Shown here: positions 1 through 11,800 of the stretch, piece by piece | Numbering within the stretch: position 1 is the first letter of the stretch | Layout: each line of letters begins with the position of its first letter | Source: Amoebophrya sp. A120 | Taxonomy: Eukaryota; Protista; Dinoflagellata | NCBI GenBank assembly: GCA_905178155.1 | Contig: CAJINV010000005.1 | Span: 8,058,515-8,122,514 of the forward strand | Length of the DNA stretch: 64,000 nucleotides | Direction of reading: 5' to 3' | Made by a program: the position numbers and the translations under genes | The notes under the pieces: model-generated | Database searches by the model: none | The model's input: only the letters and a program-made list of their open reading frames with translations | What the model was told of the DNA's origin: nothing

Positions 1-76
1 AAGCTGCATGACAAACAAGTTCCACGCGTGGGGACAGGGTCCCCACGCTGGGGCCTTGTGCCCATCCCTAGTGGCG

Positions 77-352
77 CTAGTGGGGGAAGGGTGTTCGGCA
101 TCGGGGCGGACAGCGTCCGCCCCTCGCCTCACACCAGGCGCGCGCATAGTGGCTTAGTGCGCGAAGCACTAGTGGGGGAAGGGTGTTCGGCATCGGGGCG
201 GACAGCGTCCGCCCCTCGCCTCACACCAGGCGCGCGTATAGTGGCTTAGTGCGCGAGGCACTAGTGGGGGAAGGGTGTTCGGCATCGGGGCGGACAGCGT
301 CCGCCCCTCGCCTCACACTAGGCGCGGCGCGCATAGTGGCTTAGTGCGCGAA
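77..352. repeat. GC-rich tandem repeat, 3 x 92 bp
   Basis: Units start CTAGTGGGGGAAGGGTG at 77, 169, 261. Confidence 0.9.
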
Positions 353-360
353 AGGGCCTT

Positions 361-476
361 CACCTGTCGCGGCCACCTGTCGCAGCCACCTGTCGTGCCC
401 ACCTGTGCTGGTCACCTGTCACGGTCACCTGTCGAGGTCACCTGTCGAGGTCACCTGTCAACGTCATCTGTCGCCG
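361..476. repeat. Minisatellite, ~9 x 13 bp (CACCTGTCG...)
   Basis: Directly visible. Confidence 0.9.
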
Positions 477-563
477 GGGGTATGCGTTACCAGAACCCGG
501 AAGTCAAGCAATGTAAATATTAATCGCTCACTCTTCCAGACCCAGACATTTTTACATTTGATA

Positions 564-790
564 GCGCGAGCAGGGCGTCAATTTCGTCCTTTTGCTGGAG
601 TTCCCGCGGCTTCTCATCTTGCCGGACCTGCCGCTGACCGGTGGCGCCTCCATCGGAAAAAGTTCTTACTCCGTGCTGTTGTGTACCGGTACCCGCTTTC
701 GTCGCCGCAGTTTGGAGCAAAACAGCTGCCGGGTTGGTAGTGGATCGCGACGCAGCCACCTGGTCATTTTGGAGCCGCGTTTGTGAAGAC
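564..790 (-). CDS. Partial exon of a hypothetical gene running off the window start
   Basis: ORF 520..759 reads into an element TIR at 563; start codon not resolved. Confidence 0.35.
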
Positions 791-1013
791 GATCCGGCAT
801 ATGATTCTTGCTGATGTTCAAGTTCACAAGACAGGAGTTATTTTTTTGTCATTCTCATTGATGCAGATGCCTTATTTAAGAACAACAAAGGCAAAGCATG
901 ACCACAAAGACAAAGAACTTGATGCTTATAAAAAATTTCCTACTGTCACTACAGATGAAACTGAAACGTGGTTCTCAGGACATTTGATGTAAGTCATCAA
1001 CTATCTAATCTAC

Positions 1014-3884
1014 TTATACCGTGGCCTTGTTCATATGTAGGCGGCCAGCTGTGCTGGACCCGTCGTTGTAGAGATCAGGCCTAGTAGTTTCCGGCCCCCG
1101 CGCGCCCGCAGCTGCAGTTTTCCCGGCCTTTTTTTCCCCAGAAATTGTCGCAGATGCTCCTTTGTTTTTCGGCGGTAGCCGGTAGTTGTTCGTGATGCGA
1201 TTCAGGTAGAAATCAACGTCGCCAGAAGCGGAGGCAACGCGCTCGTCTTCGTGGGCCATTTGATCAGCTTTGAAGGATGTTGACGCAGCCCTTCTCGACG
1301 CAGGCAGCCCGCTTGACTTTGCCTCTCCTTCTTTGGTCCTGGTTCCGCCGAGGGCTTGTTCTATGAAAAGGAAAGATCCCCCCATATCGAAAACGAAATC
1401 TGTGATGTTGTATTTGAGTACACACATCGAATTGCATTGCTAGAAGGCCAAGAGCCGCAGTTGTGGCCTCGTTTGCAGGCAATTTGTCATGCTGTTTCCC
1501 ACTTCCAGCTGCCTCCTGTAATGCTGAAGATGCAAGGCTTTCCCACGCAACCCAGCACTACAGTCCGTATCTTTTCCCTTCTAGCATGACAAAGCTGATT
1601 TGTGACTACAAATCTGCATCACAGATTTCCGTTTTGATATGGGGAGGGGGGATTTTTCCTTTTGATATGTTCCCGAGTAGAACTACTGCTCGGCGCAGTC
1701 GTAACAATCACCGGCTCTGGAATTTCAATTGTCGGCGGCACTGGGTTATCAAATGTAAAAATGTCTGGGTCTGGAAACTTGTGATGCTGGTTGGCGTCTC
1801 ATGATGAGGCTACAAATGCTGGCTCAGCATGACAAGTTTCTGAGCTCCTAGGTGTTGCCTATTCTGCATGACAAACTGCCCTTCTGCATCACAGAAAAAC
1901 GGAGCTCTTGGGTAACGTGCATGACAGATTTAAGAGTCATGCCAGACAAGCATGACAAACATGAATTCTTCCAGACCCAGACATTTTTACAGTTGATATG
2001 GGTGACTGCGCACGGCGTAGATCAAACGACTGCTGGTCGACGGCGCGACCTCTCCGCTAGGTCCACCACGAGTTGGTTGTCCTCGTCTTGTCGCTCCTGT
2101 TCGCGGCGGTTCATCATGTTGGTCCTTTGGTCGCGCCGCCCGGGCCTCGGTGTAAAAAGCTGCAGAGGCTTTGGAGCCTTCTTGTACACCAGCCCGCAAT
2201 TGCGCCGGCGTCAGCAGCGCAGTCAACTCCGCCGGCCTATGCATTGCAAAAGCGCCTGGGTCTGGGGACTTGTGATGCCCAGTTTTCGAATGGTGGGCGC
2301 ACTGCAATTATACACAGCCACGCATGACGCGCTTTTGAGTTCCTCTGTGTTTCGCTTGCCGTGTGGCTGTGGCAAGCTGCGTTTTTGCGTTTTTGCATAA
2401 CGTGCAAGAGGCTCTCTTCCTGCTCACGGCGCACCACAGAGCTCAGAGTCATCATGTGAGACAAGCATGACAAGCTTTCGTTCTTCCAGACCCAGACCTC
2501 TTTGCATTTGATACGGTCTGCGCAGGTACAAATCCTGCGTCGCCTTGTCCTCCACCAACAACCGGGATTCCAGTGCTTGGTCAAGGGTTTGCTGCAGGAT
2601 CTCTTCTCGCCTAGCGCCAACCTCGTTCATCGGAAACAACTCCTGCAATTCCTTCACCGTTTCGCTTTGCCGCATTACCGGTCGCTGAGCGCGCGTTCTC
2701 TCATAATACTCCCGTTGTTTGTCCTGCTGTTCTCGTCGAGTCTGTTTGTCTACAAGAACCTCTGCCTCCTGACGTGCGGCCTTGTCCTTGATGTTGGTCG
2801 AAGTTGTTGTAGTATCCAGATTCAGCTCTTGTGGATTGCAAATATGTCTGGGTCTGGACGAGTGCGAGATTTGTCATGCTCGTCTGGCATGACACTGAGC
2901 GCTGTATTGCATGGCCAGCAAGAGGTCCTCTGGTCTGTCATGCAAAAACGCTGTTTCTCATGCGGAATAAGCAACACAAAGCCACGGAAAAATCTGTCAT
3001 GCTTGGCGGCGCATTACAGTGATGTACCTACTATTCACTAACATGCATCAGAACTTTCCAGACCCAGACATTTTTGCATTTGATAGCTCTAGCAACTCCC
3101 GCGCAAGTTGGTCCTTCACCTTCCCATATCAAATGCAAAACTGTCTGGGTCTGGAAGACTGCAAGACTTGTCATGAACATTTTGAATGGCCAATGAGGTT
3201 TGGAATGATGATCCTAGCATGACAGATTCTGTGAGGTCTCCATCATGCCTATCCTGCATCAGAGACTGCTTCTTAAGTTGGTAGAAAGGGGACAGCTTTT
3301 GCTCATCATGCAACACAGATTTTTGCACGATTCTGATTTACCATGACAAGTTCCACTTTTGCAGACCCGGATGACATTCTTGCATTTGATATCCCAGATC
3401 GCCGCTTGATCTCTTCCGGCGTTGGCTGTACCCGTGCTGCATGGAGTGGCTTTTTCGTGTTTGGTGTTGGTGATGTGCCCGGTTTATTCTTGACCTGTTG
3501 CAACAGAGGCGGCTCGACTTCAGGCATGCGAAAGTGCGGGGTCGTTGGCGGACTCGGATGATGATCATATACTGGTAGTTTATTTGTCTGGCCCCCTCCT
3601 GAATAAATTTCAAACTTTGGCCCTGTAGGCGAAGAACTACTCGGGTAGAAGTTCTTTGGTGGCTCCGGGTCTTTCGGTGCGCTGGGGTTCTGCGGTACAA
3701 CTTCCGGGTCCTTTGGACGACCAGCAGTCCTAGAAGTACTTTCCGGCTCTGCTGGCATAGAGTTTTTCCTCGGCGAGTTGTCCCCGTTAGAATTAACAAA
3801 CGCCTGCGAATCATGTTCACCTTGGACGCGTTGGTCGGCAGGACCTCGGGGATGAAAGAGACCCTCGACATCCTCGAGAGGCAT
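1014..3884 (-). CDS. Hypothetical low-complexity protein, ~496 aa, 6 exons split by 5 introners
   Basis: All five junctions traced; removing element+5 bp gives 1491 nt in frame (e.g. LYLRRP|AELT, RSHP|VPPT, RE|QALGG). Confidence 0.75.
1362..1667. mobile_element. Introner family B (TIR TAT..AAAGGAAAAATCCCCC)
   Basis: TSD TGTTC. Confidence 0.9.
1747..1998. mobile_element. Introner family A (TIR TATCAAATGYAAAAATGTCTGGGTCTGGAA)
   Basis: TSD TGGGT. Confidence 0.95.
2238..2513. mobile_element. Introner family A
   Basis: TSD CGGCC/CGGTC. Confidence 0.9.
2830..3085. mobile_element. Introner family A
   Basis: TSD GCTCT; left terminus TGT. Confidence 0.9.
3127..3391. mobile_element. Introner family A
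   Basis: TSD TCCCA. Confidence 0.9.
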
Positions 3885-4091
3885 GTCTTTGGTCAGGTTG
3901 AGAAACGCCCGCTCAGGGTTCTGAAGGGCGGAGGAGGAGGACGGTGCCTGATAGATTTTGGTTTTATCGTTATTCTCGGCGGAACAATAGGGTTGCTGTA
4001 CGAAGATCGTCGTAGGCTTCCTATTGCACTTGCAACCAAGACCAACGCATCGTTTGATTGAATAACATTCTTGATTTCGGTAGCATCATGA

Positions 4092-7000
4092 TCATATCAA
4101 TCCTGCATGATAAAAAATCAGTACAGACAGGCCCCCAGCAGCAAAGGTGGAAACATTTTGTCCCGGCACCAGGTTCAAATCACGCACTGATCTCGTTCCT
4201 AACATGTCATCTTCTACCGAGTTTAGTACATTTTGCAGCAGCCGCCCCTCCTGCCCCCGCACGACCGGCCGTTCTGCAAACGCAATCTTCTCCATGAAAT
4301 GCAAATATGTCTGGGTCTGGAAGAAGTCGTGCTGTTTTTGCATGACACAGAAGCTCTAGCATGGAAGCCCTAGCATCACAGATTTGGAGAAGATTCCGCA
4401 ATGCCTCATCCGCATGACAAATCCCCCACTTTGGTGGCAGTAAATGGGCATCTTTTGCCGCCTACGCATGAGAGATTTGTGTGTCTTGTGAAATGCGCAT
4501 CACAAGTTCACACCCTTCCAGACCCAGAAATATTTGCAATGCATATTCTCCTGCTGTACCCGATCTTCCTTCCCCGAGTCCTCCCGTAGATTGTAGTACG
4601 GAGGAGAAACTGGTTGCGTCGTCGAGGCAGAGGACGTTTTCTCCGAAGGGGTTGTTTTCTCCGAACGAAACTTGCCCGCCCCTACGACGGAGAGCTGCTG
4701 CTGCTGCTGCGGGTGCTGCGCGAGTTGTGCTTCTAGAGGCTGGATCTGGGAATTATAAATGGCGGGAGGACCATCAGTGGAAGATCGCTGGTCCAGAAGC
4801 GTTATCAAATGCAAAAATGTCTGGGTCTGGAAGATTGCCAGGTCTGTCATGCATATTTTGCATGGCCCATGATGCCTGTAGTGCATGACTTAGCATCACA
4901 GATTTTTGGAAGGCCTCCTGATGCCTAGTCCGCATGACAAATGCCCTCTCCGCGCAGCACAATCTGGCCTCCTGTTGCTGGTCATGCAATACAGATCTTT
5001 TTGGAATCCAAAGACAGCATGACAAGTTTGCATCCTTCCAGACCCAGACATATTTGCATTTCATAAGCGTCTTCCGCATCACGGAGGCAGTGGACCCCGT
5101 CGGATCTCCTCCGGTCAACACACTGCTGGTTCCGGTGCCGACAATTGACAACTGCTGTGACTTATGCATTGCAAAAGTATCGGACTAGCATAAATCGCAT
5201 GACAAATTTTCTCAAGAAGAAAAGTGGGATTTGTCATGCTGATTCAGGTAAGAAACTAGATTTGTCATGCCTATCAGCAATTAGTACGAGTACGATACTT
5301 TTGCACAGGATAAGACGGAGATACGACGCCGGGAAGTGGTAAAAACGCCGTCTCTACTTTGATGTCATCTTTTTGTTCCTGCTGCTGACCTGCACCTGTT
5401 GCTTTTCCCTGCTGATCAGCATCAGAAGTTTTCTCGGTAAAAAGCCGGTGGTGAGCGCTGTGGGGCGCATCCAGGTAATTCCAGACTTTGTGACTTGGGG
5501 CCGGAGGAGGAGCCACAGCTGAAGAAGCGAATTTCTTTGCACCCTGCAGGGACTTGTCCCTCTTCTGCTCATTGTGATCTTTCGTAGTTCTACTGGTATC
5601 ACCACCAGCGGTATGAATTCCCTCCGAAGGAGAAGGTTTTTGTTCTTTCACACCCGTAGCCGCAGCTGCGCTGTCCCCCTGCAGCTGTTCTTGTTCTCTC
5701 CACCCGTACGGTCTGCAACCCCCGCGAAAAGGCACGAGTTTTGTCATGCCGTGTTCGGTGGCTTTTATCATGCTGACGGTCGTGCAGCTTTCCGGATCAA
5801 AACCTATGAGAGGACTTGGAGATGGAGCGGCAGTGCTGTTTGCATTAGGTTTAATAGTCACTGCAGAACCAGAAACAAGCAGGTCGCGCTCATGTTCAGT
5901 TTTCTGAACTTCATGTTTTTTCCGTGCTGCCTCCTGTTTCATCTCCGCGTCGCGTTTTCCTTTCCGCAAGAAGGGATTTTCGTCTTGTTGCTCCACCTCT
6001 AATACTGGTGGTTCCTCTTGCACCAGCTGCTCTTCTTCCGGAAATAAAGATGTCCTGCGCATTGTGGACAAAGCCTCGTCCTGCTCCCGGCTGATCTTAA
6101 CAGGCGAAGTTGTTTCCGCGCTCGTCCACCTGAAGTGTGGTCCTTGCAGTGCTGTCGGCCTGACAAAAAACGGATTCTGCGTCATCTGGCTCGTCTCGCC
6201 GCCAGCAAAGAGTGGACGACCTGCAGCACGATTATAAAGCGAGGTGGTCTGCGGGGCGGCCACTGTGATGCCGTAATTTATTTTTCCCTGTAGTGGTCCA
6301 CGACTTTGCAGGCCTCCTAGAAGCGGCCTGCGATTTGCTCCATTGCCGCCGCCAGTCGATACTGTTGGCTGCACCAAGTTGGGGAAATTCGATTTTTTAT
6401 CCGCAGCTGCTGCACTCACTGACGACACTACATCTTCGGCTTTCTGAAGATTCGCCGAAGTTGTAGATGACGTAGTGGACAGATTCAGCTGCTGTAGATT
6501 GCTTGTCAGCTTGAGAACCTGGTCTTCGGGCATCTGGAAATAGGAAAAGGAATCTTCCGCTCTTATCCTGAGTAAAAACGTCCCCACCCCATAGTTGGCA
6601 TGCAGATTTGCCATGACAGGGACGTTTGTGATGCGCATCCGCATGAGAGCCATTTCCAATCGTGTTTGGGACCTTGTAATGCTGTAAACAGGATGAGAAG
6701 GTCAATTTGTGATGCGGCTTTCCTTGCTAACTTGCACTACCTTACGGACTGAAACTTGTCATGCGTTACTCCTAAAACTCCTGCTAGGTTTGTGTTGCAA
6801 AATCCCCATCCTGACTCTGGTGTGGGGACGTTTTTACTCAGGATAGCTCTGTCTTGATCTTCAGCTGCATCAAACCCCGCTGCAATTATTTTTCCGGTCT
6901 CTAGTAGTTCTGCTGCACCCGTTCTTTCATCTGTAGCCGACATGGAATCTAGGAACAAGCGAAAAGCCGTTTCCAATCGAAGATCCTCGTCGCCATCCTC

Positions 7001-8665
7001 GTCGTGGTTGTAGTGGTCTACCTCGTCGAATGAACTGCACGACATCAGGCTGTCCTTGCCGCTGAAAATATCCTCGTCGTGGTCCCGACACACCTTATCG
7101 TCATCTTCCTCTTCGTCCACTACAGTTGTAGTACTATCATCGGCTCCTCCTGGTCGACGTGTGGCTCGTGCTCTTTCTCCGTCGCTGCGGTTGAGCCGCC
7201 ACAGATTGCTGACGAACCGAGCGATTGAATCCTCTTCCAGGTAGAAGTAGTTCTGGACGCGGCCACCAGTATTAAGAATACTACTTCCCGCCGCGGTCGT
7301 AGCAAAGCTACTGCTGCTCGGTATATGAAAAGAACTGCAGACTTCATCATCATCGCCATCTCGATGTTTGTTTTTCTTCTTTCCGAATAAAGTACTGTAG
7401 AAGTCCTGCGCGGAGGTAGTTTCTGTTGTTTCCCCCTCCGCCTGATACTTCCTCGGGGCCTCGTTCTTCGAACAATTCGGGAAGCACTGCGACGCCGTCG
7501 ACGAGAGGTCTGAATTCGCATTCAGATCGTCGAGGAGAGATGCGCGGGTACTGGGGTAAATCTTTTCGTGAGTAAAACGTGCTGGATGTTCATCCAGTGG
7601 TGGCGCTCCAGAACCGGCTTTCTTCTCCTGCGGTCGTGACCACGCCGGCGAATGGATATTAGTACCACTCCTACCCGGCGGCGCATCATCAGAACCAGCA
7701 GCAGAGGAAGATGGAGAGGTACTACTTCTAGATGTCGCCGCGTCTAAAAAGGCGGAAAAATTGACGTTCCGCCAATGGCGGAAAAGAGCGCCACGACGCT
7801 CCCGCGGTCCCGCCGGTTTCAACATCATCCGCGTCGAGTTTATTTCGTCTCGCGGTTGCTGACCACGCGGCTGCTCTTCCTCTGCCCGCTCTTGAACAAG
7901 GGCAGCGGTAGCTTTACTTCCGTGAGAAGTCATTTGTCCTTCGCCGTCCGCGACAATTATGTTGGGTAACAGCCACAGTCTATGCATTGCAAAAGCATCG
8001 TACTAGTATGAATTGCATTACAAATACAAATTATTTGCTCAGCATGATAAATTACATTTGTCATGCAGTTTTACCTTAGAAAGCAGATTTTGTCATGCAT
8101 ACACTGCAATTACTACGAGTGCGATACTTTTGCAATGCATACAACCTCAAAAACTGCACATCCGCCGCAACTTCGTCGATGGAGATCATCGCAAGCGAGA
8201 GCCGGGATTGCAACACTGATAGGGATAAAAAATCACGAGAAGCTGTGTGTGCGCCGTCAACAAGATCTTCATGATGTTCGTCATAATTCAACATCTTCAA
8301 CTGGTCTTCAAAGTCCGCCAAAACCTGCTGCAGCTTGGAAAAGAGAAAATCTTCATCTTCGTGGTACAACCGTAAAACAAAAAGCTGCGTCCGAGCGGCG
8401 TTGACCAACCGCTTTAACTGCTGCAAACCGGGGTCCGCTTGGAAGGCGAGGATATTCCTCACGCGGGTTTGTCGCTGCAGTTCATGCGGAGTAGTTGTAG
8501 TACCGACGCGGCTGCTGCTGGCAGAGGATTTCCATTTCGCTGTGGAAGATGTTCTTGAAATGCTCGGAAGCAAACGGCTTTCCCACCTGTTATATGTGAT
8601 GTTTCATTTTCAAATGGAATGATCCACTCTTCATAGATAGAAGTCCTCGATGCAAAGAAAGCCAT
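4092..8665 (-). CDS. Hypothetical protein with 5 introners and a hydrophobic C-terminal tail; start uncertain (8573-8665)
   Basis: ORFs 8076, 6737, 5274, 4774, 4500 and 4092 join in frame after excision; ends GGLSVLIFYHAGLI*. Confidence 0.65.
4293..4545. mobile_element. Introner family A
   Basis: TSD TTCTC; left terminus CAT. Confidence 0.9.
4803..5065. mobile_element. Introner family A
   Basis: TSD AGCGT. Confidence 0.9.
5163..5312. mobile_element. Introner family C (TIR TAT....TGCAAAAGTATCGTACT, ~150 bp)
   Basis: Degenerate TSD TGACT/AGACG; frame restored. Confidence 0.85.
6564..6845. mobile_element. Introner family D (TIR TATCCTGAGTAAAAACGTCCCCAC)
   Basis: TSD GCTCT. Confidence 0.9.
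7981..8141. mobile_element. Introner family C
   Basis: TSD CAGTC/CAACC. Confidence 0.85.
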
Positions 8666-8809
8666 AACTGGTACAACTAGTACACCATAAACAACTTCTA
8701 CATAGCTGCACTACTAGCGGAAACGGCATGGCACGGAAAAAAAAATTTGGCACCAAGAACGACGACCTATACACGTACGACTTCTTTTTATTGGAAGTTA
8801 TTATAAATT

Positions 8810-11800
8810 CTACCATTCCACGATTTTCCCAATCTCCCCGGTTGCCCACTGGTGCATCCGCAGGGCCAGACGAGGACCCAACTTCAACTTCGACCTCCGA
8901 GACTGGTCCATCTCGAGGTCCCCGTCCAGTGGAAATCCCGTGGAGGAACGAGGTGTTCCATCTGCTCGCGTACTCGTCTATGAAAGTGCACAACTCCCGC
9001 CCCTCCCCCTTATTTGTCATGCAAAACCCCAAATCCAGTCTGTTCCTCATGGCACTGTTTGCATGAAAAGTTCTGGTAGCCCAAATAGCACTACACTCCA
9101 GTATAAATCTGTCATGCAGAAACGGCGTTCTTGGGGATGCTTGTATTGCCGTTCATGCTATACAAATGGGGGGAAGGGGGAGTTGTGCACTGTCATACTG
9201 TCCCGCCAAGTTGCAGAAGCATGCCTTCGGAAGTAGACTCCTGCACCCGTTCTTTCCCCAACTTCCGGAACCAGTTATCAAATGCAAAAATGTCTGGGTC
9301 TGGAAGGATGCGCGATTTGTCATGCAGCTGTTCCATGACCCATGTGGTCTGGAATGCACGACCTAGCATGACAGATTCTGCGCGGTCTCTCTCATGCCTA
9401 TCCTGCATGAGAAACCCCCTCCCGACTTGGTCAAACCTGGACGACCACTTTTGGCAAGTATGCAACACAGATTGTTGCATGCTTCAGATTTAGCATGACA
9501 AGTTGCATTCTTCCAGATGGAGACATTTTTACATTTGATACCAGTGTACATCGGACCAAAAGAAATTTTCGTAGTCCTGCTCAGAATTCCTCGCCTGGTC
9601 GACGGCGAGATTTTGATCTGTTGTACTACGACGGCCGGTCTCCATCAAGAACGGGTTCTTTATCTTTGACACGGGCTTGGAAAAATTGACCGGCCGCAGT
9701 TGGATGGACTTGGTGTTAATACTCCAAACAGGCTGGTCAACTACATTGGAAACAACAACTTCCTGCTTCTTTCCTTCCGAAGCTGGGGCCGTAACCGGGG
9801 CTGCTGCTGGCAGTGGCAGTTGAACATCACTTTCCAAATATCAAAAGGAAAGATCCCCCCTCCCCATATCAAAACGAAGTCTCTGATGCTGGATTTGCGT
9901 ACACGAATCAGATTTGTCTTGCTGGCGAGGACTGCAGGCCCATACTCAGCCTGAGTGGACAGGTTTTGGCCTAGGCGCTTAGCATGGCAGACGTCTACGC
10001 TGTAGCTAAAACAGCATGACAAACCGCCTGTAGAATGCGGCGGAGCTTGTGGAGTTGCCTTCATGCAACACAGAGACGATTTGTGACCTCAAATCAGCAA
10101 CACAAATTTTCGGCAACATACCTTTTCAATATGGGGAGGGGGGATTTTTCCTTACGATACCAAATCATCGAACAAAGTCTCGTAGTCAAACGGAATCTCG
10201 TGGGGAAAGGGGTCCCCGCAGCAGATCTCATTATCCCTTGCAAATATATCTGGGTCTGGAAAGTTGCAAACTTGTGATGCGGGTTCTGGAACAGGAAAAA
10301 ATCTGTATTGCGTAGGCAGCAAAAGGTAACCGATTTTTTCCTCCAGAAGAGAGCATCTCTAATGCGAAATAGGCATGTTGGAGAAGCTGCCACAGAGTTT
10401 GTCATGCTCTGTGTGCATTCCAGACCTTTTTGTAAAAGTTGAAGTAGATGTAAAAAATGCATGACAAATGTCTGATTTCTTCCAGCCCCAGACATATTTG
10501 CATTTGATACTCATACGGCTTGTACGGTGGTTCTTGCTCACGACGTTCTTCGGCCTCGTGGTGGTCTACAACTTCTCTACCTAGTCGGCCAGGTTCCACG
10601 ACTTCCGAAGCTGGGGCCGTAACCGGGGCTGCTGCTGGCAGTGGCAGATGAACATCATTTTCCGAATATCCTGTGTAAAAACGTCCCCACACCATAGTTG
10701 TCATGCAACTCTGCATGCTTAAAATGTTTCTCATGCGGAGCCCCATGAGAAGCATTTTCTAATGCGGTTTTGAAATTTGTCATGCTCCAATCAGCATGAG
10801 ATACTAGATCTGTAATGCTGCTAAACTAGCTCAAACAGCACTACACTACGCGTCGAAATTTGTCATGCCAAACAACCAAAGCTGTGTGATTTGTCTAGCA
10901 GATTTCCCATGTTGACTCTGGTGTGGGGACGTTTTTACACAGGATACCGAATCATCGAACAAAGTCTCGTAGTCATACGGAATCTCGTGGGGAAAGGGGT
11001 CCCCGCAACAGATCTCATACGGCTTGTACGGTGGTTCTTGTTCAGGACCTTCTTCGCCATCGGCCTCGTGGTGGTCTACAACTTCTCCACCTAGTCGGCC
11101 AGGCTCCACGACGCCGTCCATCTATCCTGAGTAAAAACGTCCCCACCCCAGAGCTGTCATGCAGTTGTGCAATGACAAGAACGTTTGTGATGCGCAGCTC
11201 CATAAGAGGCATTTGCATTTCCAAACATGTTTTCCCATTTGTAATGCTGTAAACAGGATGAGAAAATGGCTTTCTCATGCGGCTTCCCTTGCCAACTAGC
11301 ACTACACTGCAGAGGGAAACTTGTCATGCACTGCTCCCAATAAAACTTGGAGGTTTGTGTTGCTAGATTCCCAACTTGACTATGGGGTCGTGGAGACGTT
11401 TTACAAAGGATACCATCCGTCGGAAATTCAGCGGCTGCAGTTTCACGTTGGAAAGATCTACCTGATGTATCGCAAGAGCAAACTGTTTCACTGTGAACTT
11501 GTGATGCAGAGAACGAAGCACCAAAGTGTTTGTCTTGCTACACCTGCAAGACATCGGAGTTTCAAGCGTGTTTTCCCTTGGAAAGCGCGCATGGCAAATT
11601 CTCCGTGTCATGTGTAACAAACTTGTGATGCAGATCTCCCAAAATCACCACAGTGAAACTGTTCTTTCGTGGGATATGATGCGGCGCAGGACCAACAGCC
11701 GGGCGCAGCAGCTCGGGAGTAGTAGTTCTTTGTGATGCGGAGGTCGTCGAGGAAGCAGCTGCTGGTGATCCTGCTGTAGTTGTTCCATGCTCCTTTTCTT

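Larger units (their letters stand above)
1..563. mobile_element. Family A introner, right end only, carrying a ~500-bp insertion
   Basis: Right TIR TTCCAGACCCAGACATTTTTACATTTGATA ends at 563. Confidence 0.7.
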
